A stretch of 64,000 nucleotides of DNA, taken from Thermofilaceae archaeon (lineage in GTDB: Archaea; Thermoproteota; Thermoprotei; Thermofilales; Thermofilaceae). Shown piece by piece: positions 29,823 to 39,434 of this stretch. The stretch spans positions 64,001 through 128,000 of the forward strand of contig JAWCCZ010000002.1 of NCBI GenBank assembly GCA_038861545.1, given 5' to 3'. The position numbers and the translations under genes were made by a program. The notes below the pieces were generated by a model. That model saw only the letters and a program-made list of their open reading frames with translations. It was not told the origin of the DNA and did no database searches. The stretch's first letter is position 1. Every line of letters starts with the position of its first letter.

Positions 29823-31217
29823 TCAGGGAATTATTTCATGGAGCTCCACGCCTTTAATCTCGCAAAAAGCTTTAACTTCCTCTGAGTAATCACCTTCCAC
29901 CGCGTGAAGGTGGTTTGCACCAATAATTTCTACCAGCTGTTGGAGGGCCCCCGGGCTTATTTTCACCACGATGTGCGGCCAGGGTTCAATGCTCCTGTAT
30001 AACTGCTCCCTGTCAACGCGAACGCTTTCCGTCACCATTAAAATCATATGGTACCGGCCAGCCACCCTGTAGAATCTCGCGACAGTGAAGGTTTTCTCGG
30101 GTGCCACATACTGCGTCGCCGCTCCCCCTGCTTTCCCTTGAACCTGCGGCAGTAAGTGCACTTTCGCTAAGTTTTCCTCGGGGTTATTAGAAGCTTCGGC
30201 GAACCATGTAGCCATTCCGCCGCAGTTGCCCATGAAGAGAAGCTGTTGTGCATAGTCGTAGACCAGAAGATCCATTAGCGTCGTGGGTTTACCCCCGGAG
30301 ACTAGCTTAAGCAGCTGCATCGTTAATGCTCCATCGACATCAGACTCGCATGCGCAGACCATAGGCTCTTTCAACCCGTCCGCATCGTAGGGGTCGTTAA
30401 GCTCAGCTACGGCCACGCACGCGTTAACGTAGCCATCGCTGAGCTCTGGCTGGCACTTTAACCCGCAAAAGCTGAAGCCGCGTTCCTTGAGCAGCTCTTT
30501 AAGCGAGAGATAAAGCCTAACCTGCCTTTTCAGCTTCTCCTCCGTCAGAACTCTACCATCATACAAGATTTTCCCAACTCTCCCCTTCAACCACTTAAAG
30601 TGTCGATCAACTTCCTCCTCGCTTATGCTTTCAGCCTTCCTAAGCACTTCAAGCTGATCCACATGCTCAACATCGACTCCGAAAACTGTTTTAACCTGGG
30701 CTGGGTCACCCGTGACCGTATACATGCCTAGCGCGCGCCCACCAATTAAGCCGAAGGTTTCCCCCTCCAGCCTCCTAACAGCCATCGCAGCTCGCGCAAG
30801 CTTAGAAATCCTCCCTGCAACGTCCGTTACAGGACCCCAAAGCGTAATATGCCTTGCCCCAACCTGTCCCAGCGCACCGGAGGAGGCGAGAACTCCGCTC
30901 AAAACATCGCCGTAAACTATTATTAAAGGGATTTGCTTTAAGGCTACTTCGGCTGCCCTAACGGTTATTGAGGGATACGTCCATACGGGTATATAAAGCA
31001 GGATTAAATCAGAGCCCCATTCTATGAGCCCCTTTACGGTGTTTTCGGCATCATCTGCCGACCTTGCTACGAATACCGGAGCCTTCACTTCCAGCCCTGT
31101 ACTGAGAAGCTGAGTGGCTAAAGCATCCCCTCTTCTAGCCTCTTCTTCGCGCCACGGCACCTCCTCGCGCGGATCCCCTAGTACCACTACGCCCAATTTA
31201 GGCGTGTAAGCGTTCAC
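29823..31217 (-). CDS. L-fucose/L-arabinose isomerase family protein
   Basis: GGRALGM, KCQPELSD, CESDVDGALTM, NCGG, WPH, ANHLH; GTGA overlap with kinase stop. Confidence 0.85.
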   Translation of the reverse strand: MNAYTPKLGVVVLGDPREEVPWREEEARRGDALATQLLSTGLEVKAPVFVARSADDAENTVKGLIEWGSDLILLYIPVWTYPSITVRAAEVALKQIPLIIVYGDVLSGVLASSGALGQVGARHITLWGPVTDVAGRISKLARAAMAVRRLEGETFGLIGGRALGMYTVTGDPAQVKTVFGVDVEHVDQLEVLRKAESISEEEVDRHFKWLKGRVGKILYDGRVLTEEKLKRQVRLYLSLKELLKERGFSFCGLKCQPELSDGYVNACVAVAELNDPYDADGLKEPMVCACESDVDGALTMQLLKLVSGGKPTTLMDLLVYDYAQQLLFMGNCGGMATWFAEASNNPEENLAKVHLLPQVQGKAGGAATQYVAPEKTFTVARFYRVAGRYHMILMVTESVRVDREQLYRSIEPWPHIVVKISPGALQQLVEIIGANHLHAVEGDYSEEVKAFCEIKGVELHEIIP

Positions 31218-32224
31218 GCTACACAGCACCTCTCGAGAGAGGTCTTGGCTAGTAGATAATGTTTCTGCTCATCGACCAGTGCATTAACTTTGGCTCGTGT
31301 AACCCCTTCAGTTGTGCCCGGGGCAGTACAAGCCGCCGCTCCCGCAGCTTGACCATAGAGCAACAATTCAGCCAATTCATCTCCTCCTAGACTGGTCAGC
31401 TCATCAGTTTGCAGTTTCTTCTCCAGTAACCAGCTAATTACGCCCGCGCAAAACGCATCACCAGCCCCCGTTGGATCTACAACGTCTACCTTGAAAGCTG
31501 GTTGCTCCAAAATTCTATATACTGTAGCGGCTAAAGCCCCTTTCTCGCCTCGAGTTATAAGTAAAAGCTTTACACCTAGTTTTAGCAGGCTCCTTATTGC
31601 TTCTTCTAAATCCGTTGTTTTAACTAAATTCAAGGCCTCTGCCTCATTGCAGTGGAAAACGTCTACGTAGGGTAGGGCGGGAAGTATAAACTCCCACCCT
31701 TTTCCTTGCGGCGGAACAACATCGGCAAACGTTAACGAGTTATTTTCCTTTGCTTTCTTGAAGATACTATCTATCTCCTTATCTACGAGGTTAGTTATCC
31801 CGCTAGCTAGGTAGAAAATCCGCGGTTTTTCCTTCTCAACAAAGCTTGTAACCCATCTCGGTTGAAGCAGGTTACTCGCTCCAAGCTCTACGTGGAACCT
31901 CCTATCCTCTCCTTTAACTACCAATATTACATTCTTGTTAGTGCTAGCCGCTACTTGCTTAACGAATAGCCTGATTCCATGCTTCCTTAATGTCTTCAGA
32001 ATGAAATCACCGAAAACATCTTTTCCCACAGTCCCACAAACGGCGATTTCGCTTGGAGTAGCCCCAAGCTTCACCAGATCTATTGCAATATTCGCTGGAT
32101 GCCCACCTACAGTTAGCAGTATACCCCGAGGCGCGTAAACAAGTTCGCCAGGGTTAGCAATCCTATCTAGACCAGCGACAACTATATCGGCTACCAGGAA
32201 ACCACATGCCAGAACCCTCATCAA
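31214..32224 (-). CDS. PfkB family carbohydrate kinase
   Basis: GGHPANIA, VGKDVFG, CNEAEA, TRGEKG, DPTGAGDAFCAG. Confidence 0.93.
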   Translation of the reverse strand: MMRVLACGFLVADIVVAGLDRIANPGELVYAPRGILLTVGGHPANIAIDLVKLGATPSEIAVCGTVGKDVFGDFILKTLRKHGIRLFVKQVAASTNKNVILVVKGEDRRFHVELGASNLLQPRWVTSFVEKEKPRIFYLASGITNLVDKEIDSIFKKAKENNSLTFADVVPPQGKGWEFILPALPYVDVFHCNEAEALNLVKTTDLEEAIRSLLKLGVKLLLITRGEKGALAATVYRILEQPAFKVDVVDPTGAGDAFCAGVISWLLEKKLQTDELTSLGGDELAELLLYGQAAGAAACTAPGTTEGVTRAKVNALVDEQKHYLLAKTSLERCCVA

Positions 32225-32384
32225 AGGTTTACTTACTTAAAGAGGCATAAAAACCTGCTACAATATAGCGCTTCGCTTTTGCCAAGTATTCGCGAGCCCG
32301 GGTTACCATAGAGTTTTCACTCACCCGGTTTAGCCTACTAAATAACCGTTTAAGGCTTATTTACCAGCTGAAGCCTAAGGTCTC

Positions 32385-33443
32385 GTGAAGCCGGTTAAAG
32401 AGAATGGAGAACGTTGGAGTGCAGAGCAGGTTTGGGCTTGGTACGCGAAGGCCGGTCCACTTAGGGGTTGCAACTATATACCTAGAACAGCGGTGAACCA
32501 GATAGAAATGTGGCAGGGCGAGACATTTAACGAAAAAGTGATAAATGAGGAACTAGGCTGGGCCGAAGCTCTTCGACTCAATACTGTTCGCGTTTTCCTA
32601 CATTACCTCGTCTGGGAAGCAGACCCTGAAGTTTTCAAAGAACGGTTGAACCACTTTCTAGAGATAGCTGCCCGGCATAACATAAGACCTATGATCGTGC
32701 TTTTCGATGATTGTTGGAACCAAGAGCCGAAGCTGGGACTTCAGGATCCCCCTATCCCCGGCGTTCATAATAGCCGCTGGGCTGCGAGCCCGGGGCGCCC
32801 CCGGGTTCTAGATAGGAAGGCATGGCCGAGACTCGAAGAATACGTGAAAAATATTGTGGGCTCGTTTGCTAAAGATGAACGTGTGCTCGCTTGGGATCTA
32901 TACAACGAACCCGGTAACGCTGGTTTAGGTGAGAAAAGCTTGCCGTTAGTCGAATCCGCTTTCAAGTGGGCGAGGGAGGTAGAGCCTTCACAGCCGTTAA
33001 CCACAGGCTTGTGGGCTGATTTTAATGATCAAATGCATAAGCGTTTCGCCGAGCTTTCAGATATAATTACGTTCCACTCTTATGATCCTCCACAGACTTT
33101 CGAGACGAAAATTCGCCTGCTATTGGGCTACAAGCGGCCTATCCTCTGCACAGAGTTTCTCCGACGCCAAGTGGGAAATACTTTCGCGGCTATCCTTCCC
33201 ATCTTAACACGCTACCACGTAGGGTGGTACTTCTGGGGGCTTGTAGCGGGGAAGACTCAAACCTACTACGATTGGAGCTGTACACAGGAGACCCCTTGCT
33301 ATGCTCCACCCCGCGTATGGCAGCATGACCTACTCTACCCGGATGGCTCACCGTACAGTTTAGACGAGGTAAATGTGTTATTTTACTGGGCACAGGTTCA
33401 GGATACTGTATTCAAGTACCAGCAGCCTAAGGATCGCCCTTAA
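32385..33443 (+). CDS. GH5-clan glycoside hydrolase (cytoplasmic)
   Basis: GCNYIPRTAVNQIEMWQ, NTVRVFLH, LFDDCW, WDLYNEP, FHSY, CTEF, WGLVAGKTQT. Confidence 0.85.
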   Translation: MKPVKENGERWSAEQVWAWYAKAGPLRGCNYIPRTAVNQIEMWQGETFNEKVINEELGWAEALRLNTVRVFLHYLVWEADPEVFKERLNHFLEIAARHNIRPMIVLFDDCWNQEPKLGLQDPPIPGVHNSRWAASPGRPRVLDRKAWPRLEEYVKNIVGSFAKDERVLAWDLYNEPGNAGLGEKSLPLVESAFKWAREVEPSQPLTTGLWADFNDQMHKRFAELSDIITFHSYDPPQTFETKIRLLLGYKRPILCTEFLRRQVGNTFAAILPILTRYHVGWYFWGLVAGKTQTYYDWSCTQETPCYAPPRVWQHDLLYPDGSPYSLDEVNVLFYWAQVQDTVFKYQQPKDRP

Positions 33444-33600
33444 GCCATTCTACATAGCTTATTGCCTCCCTAAGCCTCTCATATCTTACTCCGGTGAACC
33501 TCTTGAAGACCATAACTAAGTATACTGACATGTCTTTCAGCTCTTCCATGGCTTCCTCCAGCCCTAAGCCGCTGTGCAGGAAAGCTCTCAGAAAACATAC
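33427..33600 (-). pseudogene. 3' fragment of an unidentified gene
   Basis: Open reading FLRAFLHSGLGLEEAMEELKDMSVYLVMVFKRFTGVRYERLREAISYVEWLKGDP* with no clear full-length start. Confidence 0.3.
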
Positions 33601-33704
33601 TTATGCTCGACTCATGCGTTAATAACATAAACAAGTAAATTTTTATCTAAAATAAAGAGGGGGCCAACGCCATATTTAATAAAAATATGTTAAGGGATTC
33701 TTCG

Positions 33705-34688
33705 ATGACAGGAGATAGGAGATTAGCCTACCTTGTTATAGCATTTGTTCTCGGTGCAGCTTTCGCTGGAGCAGCTATCTACACAGTTTACACCACTGAA
33801 GTTTCCCGCCTCAGCTCTCAAGTGAGCCAGCTACACGCCCTTATAGAAGAATTGAGAGAAAAAGCATATGGGCCATTCCCTGAAGAGAAGCCGATAGCCA
33901 TAATTAGTGCTTTCAAAGGAGAGCTCGAGTACCTAGTCAAAGAAATCAACGTGACAGGAAGCTTGAAGATTCTCGAAGCGAAGCCTTGGAAGTTCTACTA
34001 CGGCGAGTACAAGGGAAAGAAGGTTGTCCTCTTCTACAGCGGCGTAGGTAAAACAAACGCGGCGGCAGCGACCGAGCTCTGCATAGCTAAATTCAGGCCG
34101 AAAGCCATAATTTTCTCGGGAATAGCTGGCGGCGTACCGGAGTTCGCAGACGTAGGCGATATAACTATCTCGAGCGCTGTGCTCCACCACGACTACGGGC
34201 TCGTGATACCGATCGGAGGGGTCCCCGGCGTGGAGTACCCGGCTACAGCTGACCTCGAAAGAGGCTTTGTGCCCAACCCGGTCCCGCTACCCCAGGGCAC
34301 CAGGATTCACATGTTAAACGCGACCCCGTGGCTTATCAGCCTAGCTCTCAACGCCAGCAGGATGGTCGACTTCGGTGTCGTACCCGGGACGAACAGGGCG
34401 CCTGCAGTGAGAGTGGGGGTTATAGTCACTGGCGACCAGTTCATAGCTTCAACCCAGAAGTGTGAGTGGCTCTACAGCGCCTTTAACGCTCTAGCCACCG
34501 AGATGGAGGGGGCTGCGGTAGCCCAAGTCGCCTATATTAACGATGTTCCCTGGGTGGTAATAAGGTGTCACTCGGATAGGGCGGACGAAGTCGCACAGGA
34601 AATAATAGCTGCCTTCTGGCAGTACGCCGCCGAAAACTCCGCTAAAATAGTTCTGAAGATACTTGAGATGTGGCCCCAGGATCGGTAG
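33705..34688 (+). CDS. mtnN: MTA/SAH nucleosidase with N-terminal TM anchor and coiled coil
   Basis: ISAFKGE, SGVGKTNAA, SGIAGG, TGDQFI, EMEGAAVAQV, RCHSDRAD; TM LAYLVIAFVLGAAFAGAAIY. Confidence 0.88.
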   Translation: MTGDRRLAYLVIAFVLGAAFAGAAIYTVYTTEVSRLSSQVSQLHALIEELREKAYGPFPEEKPIAIISAFKGELEYLVKEINVTGSLKILEAKPWKFYYGEYKGKKVVLFYSGVGKTNAAAATELCIAKFRPKAIIFSGIAGGVPEFADVGDITISSAVLHHDYGLVIPIGGVPGVEYPATADLERGFVPNPVPLPQGTRIHMLNATPWLISLALNASRMVDFGVVPGTNRAPAVRVGVIVTGDQFIASTQKCEWLYSAFNALATEMEGAAVAQVAYINDVPWVVIRCHSDRADEVAQEIIAAFWQYAAENSAKIVLKILEMWPQDR

Positions 34689-34917
34689 TAAGGTAAATTA
34701 CTGATTTTTTTCCTGCATACCTGACACCCAGTTGAAATGTTAAGGCCCAATTCTACACTTAGGAGGTGAACACACCCCTCTACTTGCTCTAGACGGTGCT
34801 GTTTTAGGCGTTCTACCCGTTGGAGTCCCTCAACTCTCTGAGAAACCCAGTATGTAAAGACAGGCTTCGCCCCCAACTACCATTTCACAAGCACCACTCC
34901 TGCGACAGTCCGTGCAG

Positions 34918-34937
34918 AAAGTTAACTAGTTAACTTT
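34918..34937. promoter_or_regulatory. Perfect 20-bp palindrome abutting a TATA box (candidate RHH operator)
   Basis: AAAGTTAACTAGTTAACTTT equals its own reverse complement; overlaps TTTATAA at 34935-34941. Confidence 0.6.
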
Positions 34938-34963
34938 ATAACATGCTAACTTGTTTATTTAGT

Positions 34964-35365
34964 GTGAAGATCATCGGAGTGCGGGGTCTGGACGAGGAGC
35001 TGTACAGGAGGGTTAAGGCAGTTGCCGCGCTTAGGGGGGTCCGGCTTAGGGATGCGTTCGAGGAGGCGCTAAAGCTCTGGCTTTCTGTGAAACCCGAAGC
35101 CCTTGCCTCGGCAGAGGAAGTGGAGAGAGAAGCTGAGTTGAATAGGAGGGCTTTCAAGAAGCATCGCGGGGAACTTATAAAGGAGTATGAGGGATCTTAC
35201 GCCGCTTTCGCTGACGGGGAGCTCCTCGGGGTTTTCCCCACCTTCGAGGAAGCGGCAGCGGCCGTGGAAGCGGCAGGCAGCAAGCAGGGGGTTATCGAGC
35301 AGCTTACAGCGGCTAAGAGTAGAAGAGCCGAGGTGGAGCTGGGTTGGAGCTTGGTGGAGCTGTAG
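34964..35365 (+). CDS. RHH + DUF5678 protein (antitoxin-like)
   Basis: IIGVRGLDEELYRRVKAVAALRGVRLRDAFEEALKLWL (RHH); ELIKEYEGSYAAFADGELLG...EEA (DUF5678); GTG ~25 nt after TATA. Confidence 0.75.
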   Translation: MKIIGVRGLDEELYRRVKAVAALRGVRLRDAFEEALKLWLSVKPEALASAEEVEREAELNRRAFKKHRGELIKEYEGSYAAFADGELLGVFPTFEEAAAAVEAAGSKQGVIEQLTAAKSRRAEVELGWSLVEL

Positions 35366-35760
35366 TAAGGGGCTACTACAGCAGCACTGAGAGTCCACCC
35401 TCGCCGGTAATCCCCCTTGTGGTCTGCACGCCCACTGGCAGGGGGAGAGCCGAGGTAAAGGCTAGGGTGGATACGGGCTTCTCGGGCGCACTCCTCCTTG
35501 ATTTCGAGAAATACCTGGAGCTCGGCCTGCAGCTCTACGAAAAGGCGGAGAAAGCTTCTGGCTTGGTTGCGGGCGGCTTCCGCATCGAGTTGAGAGTTTC
35601 GAGAGGAGTCGTGGAGCTCGGAGGATTGCGCTTCCCCTGTGACGTTTACACGATGGTCTTAGCCAGAAGGGGCCTTATAGGCAGGGAACTACTAAATAAG
35701 TTCAAAACGACCCTGGACGCGCCCCGAGACGCAGTCATACTCGAAGCCGGGCATCGCTGA
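35344..35760 (+). CDS. Clan AA (retropepsin-like) aspartic protease
   Basis: ARVDTGFSG catalytic motif; LIGRELL; overlaps upstream gene. Confidence 0.85.
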   Translation: MELGGAVVRGYYSSTESPPSPVIPLVVCTPTGRGRAEVKARVDTGFSGALLLDFEKYLELGLQLYEKAEKASGLVAGGFRIELRVSRGVVELGGLRFPCDVYTMVLARRGLIGRELLNKFKTTLDAPRDAVILEAGHR

Positions 35761-35838
35761 GGCGAGAAGCCTGTACCCAAGCGATGGGTAGCTCCCTGCC
35801 AGTAGCTCCTCTGACCCTCGGCTAGGAAGAGTAGGTTC

Positions 35839-35940
35839 AGGAACTTTTGGGTAAGGCCTAGCCTCCCAGACAGCCGGTAAACCGCACACATACCGCGTAA
35901 GCCGTTCAACACCTATGCCGAACCCGGCGCTCGGCGACAA
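35839..35940 (-). pseudogene. 3' fragment of archaeal asparagine synthetase A (AsnRS-like)
   Basis: LSPSAGFGIGVERLTRYVCGLPAVWEARPYPKVP = class II aaRS motif 3 plus AsnA-type C-terminus; no upstream coding part. Confidence 0.7.
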
Positions 35941-36353
35941 TCTCAATAATTGTGGCGACGAGCAAAGGGTTCACATGCGTCTCAAGGCTTGCTCTCGTAA
36001 CTTTCGTTGAGATTATAGCTGGAAGATGTTTAGCTGACAAACCTGTGACGATAGCTCCTCACTCATGAGAGCTTGAAGTCACAAAGCTGCTCGTATAAAG
36101 TGATGCGTAACACCTTTACACACAGCAAATAAATGCCGCAACAGTCGAGCATGACAGCAGGGTCGAAGAAGAGCCGCTAGGTTGAAAGGGGATCCTCAAG
36201 TGCTTGGGCTCGAATTTCCATGCTTCAAAATGCTAAGGTATTTGGATACGCCGCGAGAAGCCGGAGCGTTCTCCTGCAAGCGTGGGGAAACACCCTAAAA
36301 AGGTGCCTAGAAGTCTTACGTTACCCTTTAATCGCTCGGTGGAACGGGGTTGT

Positions 36354-37076
36354 ATGCGGGTATTACATTTTCTCGGTCGATCTCTCCCAGAGACTTGGGA
36401 GACGGCGGTATCGGAGCTTTGGTTCTCCGGCGAAATCGTCGAGACCGAGTATGGTGAAAAGGCGAAGGAGGCGATGGCTGTTATAGAAGTTGCAGAGCCT
36501 TTTGCTGAGCCGCGCTTCCACCTGAAGGGCATCGTAGGGAAGGTTTCTGAGTACATCGCGGAAGTCGTGGAGGGCGTTCACGATGCAATGGTAGGGCAAT
36601 ACGGTTACACTTACCACGAGCGCTTGTTCAGTTATGCATCCCCTTTAGGCCCGGTAAACCAGATAGAGCGTATAGTTGAGAAACTTAGTAAAGCGTATTA
36701 CACACGCCGAGCGATTGCTGTAACATGGCAGCCATGGAGAGACCTGGAGAGCGAGCACCCACCCTGTCTAGTTTACCTCTGGTTCCATTCTTCTAACGGC
36801 GTAAACCTTAACGTGCACGCGCATATGAGAAGCAACGACGCCTTAAAGGCAGCTTTCATGAACATGCTCGCTTTCACAGCCCTCCAACAGCGAGTTGCTG
36901 AGCGGCTCGGTATGAGGGTTGGCAAGTACATACATACAGCCAGCAGCTTCCACATTTATGAGAGGGACTGGAAACACGCTGAGCACATCGCTAGGGCTGT
37001 CAAAGAAGGGAACAGCGGCGGCTGGCACCTCACTACGCAACAGTACTTGAAGCTCTTCGAGCGCGGCAATCGCTGA
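36354..37076 (+). CDS. thyA: Archaeal-type thymidylate synthase (ThyA family)
   Basis: YTYHERL, TRRA, PPCL catalytic Cys, MRSND, FMNM, SFHIYERD; likely ATG at 36354. Confidence 0.85.
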   Translation: MRVLHFLGRSLPETWETAVSELWFSGEIVETEYGEKAKEAMAVIEVAEPFAEPRFHLKGIVGKVSEYIAEVVEGVHDAMVGQYGYTYHERLFSYASPLGPVNQIERIVEKLSKAYYTRRAIAVTWQPWRDLESEHPPCLVYLWFHSSNGVNLNVHAHMRSNDALKAAFMNMLAFTALQQRVAERLGMRVGKYIHTASSFHIYERDWKHAEHIARAVKEGNSGGWHLTTQQYLKLFERGNR

Positions 37077-37290
37077 CGTATTACCCAAGCTGATTTACCG
37101 AGAACTTCGACCTTTCTCTGAAAAGCGAGTAGATTAGAGAGTAATTGCTAAGGGCAACGTTGCAGAGCGTAGCGAGTGGACGGATATCTTGGATATTTCA
37201 ATATACGACGAGGAACGGGCTTTAAGTGGAGAAAGCTTAAGCCTAGGCAAGCGGCTACTAAGGCTCCGCCAGCAGATATAAGTATGAGCC

Positions 37291-38169
37291 GTGCTTAGTT
37301 CGAGCGTGAAAGGAGAACGTTTCCTGAACCTGTACTGTTACAATAAAGAGCTACCACTAAACCCGGAAAAGGAACTCTTGAAGGAGGAAGACAAGTATAT
37401 CGCGTACATGTTACGGTACGACAGTATTGGTACCAGGGTGCCAGCGCTCCTCGCCTTACCTAGAGGGGAGGGGCCTCATCCCTGTCTCGTCTTCCTCCAT
37501 GGTCATGGTGGGAGAAAGGAGGATGGGTTATACGTGGCTGAAGCTGTTTCGCCTAGGGGCTACGCCGTTTTCTCGATAGACGCTCCCTGCCACGGAGAGA
37601 GAGGAGATCCAAGCGAGTATTTCAACCCAGACTTAGAGAAACTGAAGGGGAACTTTATACAGACGGTGCTGGACCTAATGAGAGGCTTAGACTATATTGA
37701 AAGCCTCAAGGAGGTGGATTCCAGCAGGATAGGTTACCTTGGCGGGAGTATGGGCGGGATACTTGGAGCCCTCTTCACCAGCCTAGATACTCGAGTTAAG
37801 GCTTCAGTAATACTAGTCGGCGGTGGCGACCTACCCCTGTTGCTGTGGCTCAGCAAGCACCCAGCAGCAGAGCGAATTAGGAAAAGAATAACTAGCATGG
37901 GGCTAAGCTATGAGCAAATGGCCGAAATAACTGCTCCAGGGGATCCGCTGAACTTTATCCACCTTCACTCTCCACGGCCAATTCAGTTCCACTGTGGAAG
38001 ATACGACGAGATAGTGCCTGCAGTAACCCAGAAAAAGCTGGTTGAAGCTGCTGGGGAACCGAAAGAGGTACACTGGTATGATGCTGGGCACGCACTCCCC
38101 CTTGAAGCAGTTTCTAAGAGGGTCCTCGAATTCTTTGAGCAATACTTAAAACCTTTAAAATTGGAGTAG
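37291..38169 (+). CDS. Alpha/beta hydrolase (esterase/thioesterase-like)
   Basis: FLHGHGG, GGSMGG nucleophile elbow, GRYDEIVP, AGH. Confidence 0.88.
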   Translation: MLSSSVKGERFLNLYCYNKELPLNPEKELLKEEDKYIAYMLRYDSIGTRVPALLALPRGEGPHPCLVFLHGHGGRKEDGLYVAEAVSPRGYAVFSIDAPCHGERGDPSEYFNPDLEKLKGNFIQTVLDLMRGLDYIESLKEVDSSRIGYLGGSMGGILGALFTSLDTRVKASVILVGGGDLPLLLWLSKHPAAERIRKRITSMGLSYEQMAEITAPGDPLNFIHLHSPRPIQFHCGRYDEIVPAVTQKKLVEAAGEPKEVHWYDAGHALPLEAVSKRVLEFFEQYLKPLKLE

Positions 38170-38435
38170 CGCACTCTTAGAGCTGACTTACAAGCTCTTA
38201 AGGGTTGGGAGGTAGTGTTAGGTTTGCCTAAAGGCAACTTCTACCCCGCAAAGAGAATATACAGGAACGCTGGGAAGTAATCGTTTCGATATATGGACCA
38301 CTTGTAGCTAAGGCGTTCTAATTTTATCGATAACTAGTTATAGGGATACGAGAAATGAAATAGAGGTCGACTTTAACGTAGGTGCTCTATAGTGTGATAA
38401 AGGATTTGTTACAAATTGTTATGCTAACCGCTGCT

Positions 38436-39434
38436 TTAAATATCTAGGTAGCTGTGCTCTCTATACCATTCTATAGTCTCGCTTAATCCGTTGCGTAAAT
38501 CATACTTCGGCTTGTAGCCTAGTTCTCTTTTCGCTTTCTCAACACTGTAAGCCCTGTCGGTAGTGACGGAGTCGACCAGCGCGGTACGGTGCATTAAGTT
38601 ACCCTCTCCGGTTGCTAGGTCGTAGAGTTCAAGGGGGGCTAAGAGCAGCTTCGCGAACGCTGGGGGCAGCCTTACGCGTGGCGGCCCTTTACGGGATATC
38701 TCGTGGAGGATCTGATAGACTTGGTTGTACGTATACCATTTGTCTTCACTTATAATGTAAACCTGGTTTACAGCCACATCCTTTTCTAAAGCAAGTACGA
38801 AGCCTTGCACTATATCTTTGACGTGAGCGAACTGTACAAGGTTTTCCCCCGAACCTATTTTGACCTTACTCGCTAAGCCCCCTTTAACGTAGCTTGTTAT
38901 GAACCAATAAGAGACGTCGTCGACATTCCTTGGCCCGTATATCCCTGAAGGCCTAATGATCGTATACTCTAGCCCGTTCCCGGCGAGACTTTCAACGGTT
39001 TTCTCTGCTCTAGCCTTCGACTTCCCGTACTCGAATTGCGGGTTTAGTGGAGCATATTCATCGCCGGGCGGGTTTTTAACGGGGCCTATGGCTTCCGTGC
39101 TACTGCAATATATGAAACGCTTAACGCCGTTGTCGAGCGCTGCGCGCGCCGTCCACTCAGTACCCTTCACGTTTACGAGTTCATAAAGCCCTTTCTTTCC
39201 GAAGAACGTGTAGTACGCCGCTAAGTGTACTACGGAATCTACACCCTTCGTCGCGGGACCGAGGGTTTCAGGCCTTGTCACATCGCCGACTACTAGCTCG
39301 ACTCCCAGTTCTCTCAGGAGTCTTGTGTCACTTGTCCTGCGTACAAGGGCTCTAACAGAGTAGCCCCTGCTAATGAGCTCCTCTGAAAGATGGCCGCCGA
39401 GGAAACCCGATGCTCCTGTAACTAGGATTTTCAA
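38436..39434 (-). CDS. Extended SDR, NAD-dependent epimerase/dehydratase (3beta-HSD-like)
   Basis: TGASGFLG, CSSTEA, YGKSK, IRPSGIYGP; TTGA overlap with luxC stop. Confidence 0.9.
   Translation of the reverse strand: MKILVTGASGFLGGHLSEELISRGYSVRALVRRTSDTRLLRELGVELVVGDVTRPETLGPATKGVDSVVHLAAYYTFFGKKGLYELVNVKGTEWTARAALDNGVKRFIYCSSTEAIGPVKNPPGDEYAPLNPQFEYGKSKARAEKTVESLAGNGLEYTIIRPSGIYGPRNVDDVSYWFITSYVKGGLASKVKIGSGENLVQFAHVKDIVQGFVLALEKDVAVNQVYIISEDKWYTYNQVYQILHEISRKGPPRVRLPPAFAKLLLAPLELYDLATGEGNLMHRTALVDSVTTDRAYSVEKAKRELGYKPKYDLRNGLSETIEWYREHSYLDI

Noticed and set aside
35692-35946. 84-aa ORF as a functional small protein
   Set aside because: Only the first 36 codons are AsnA-like; the rest runs antisense into the protease gene
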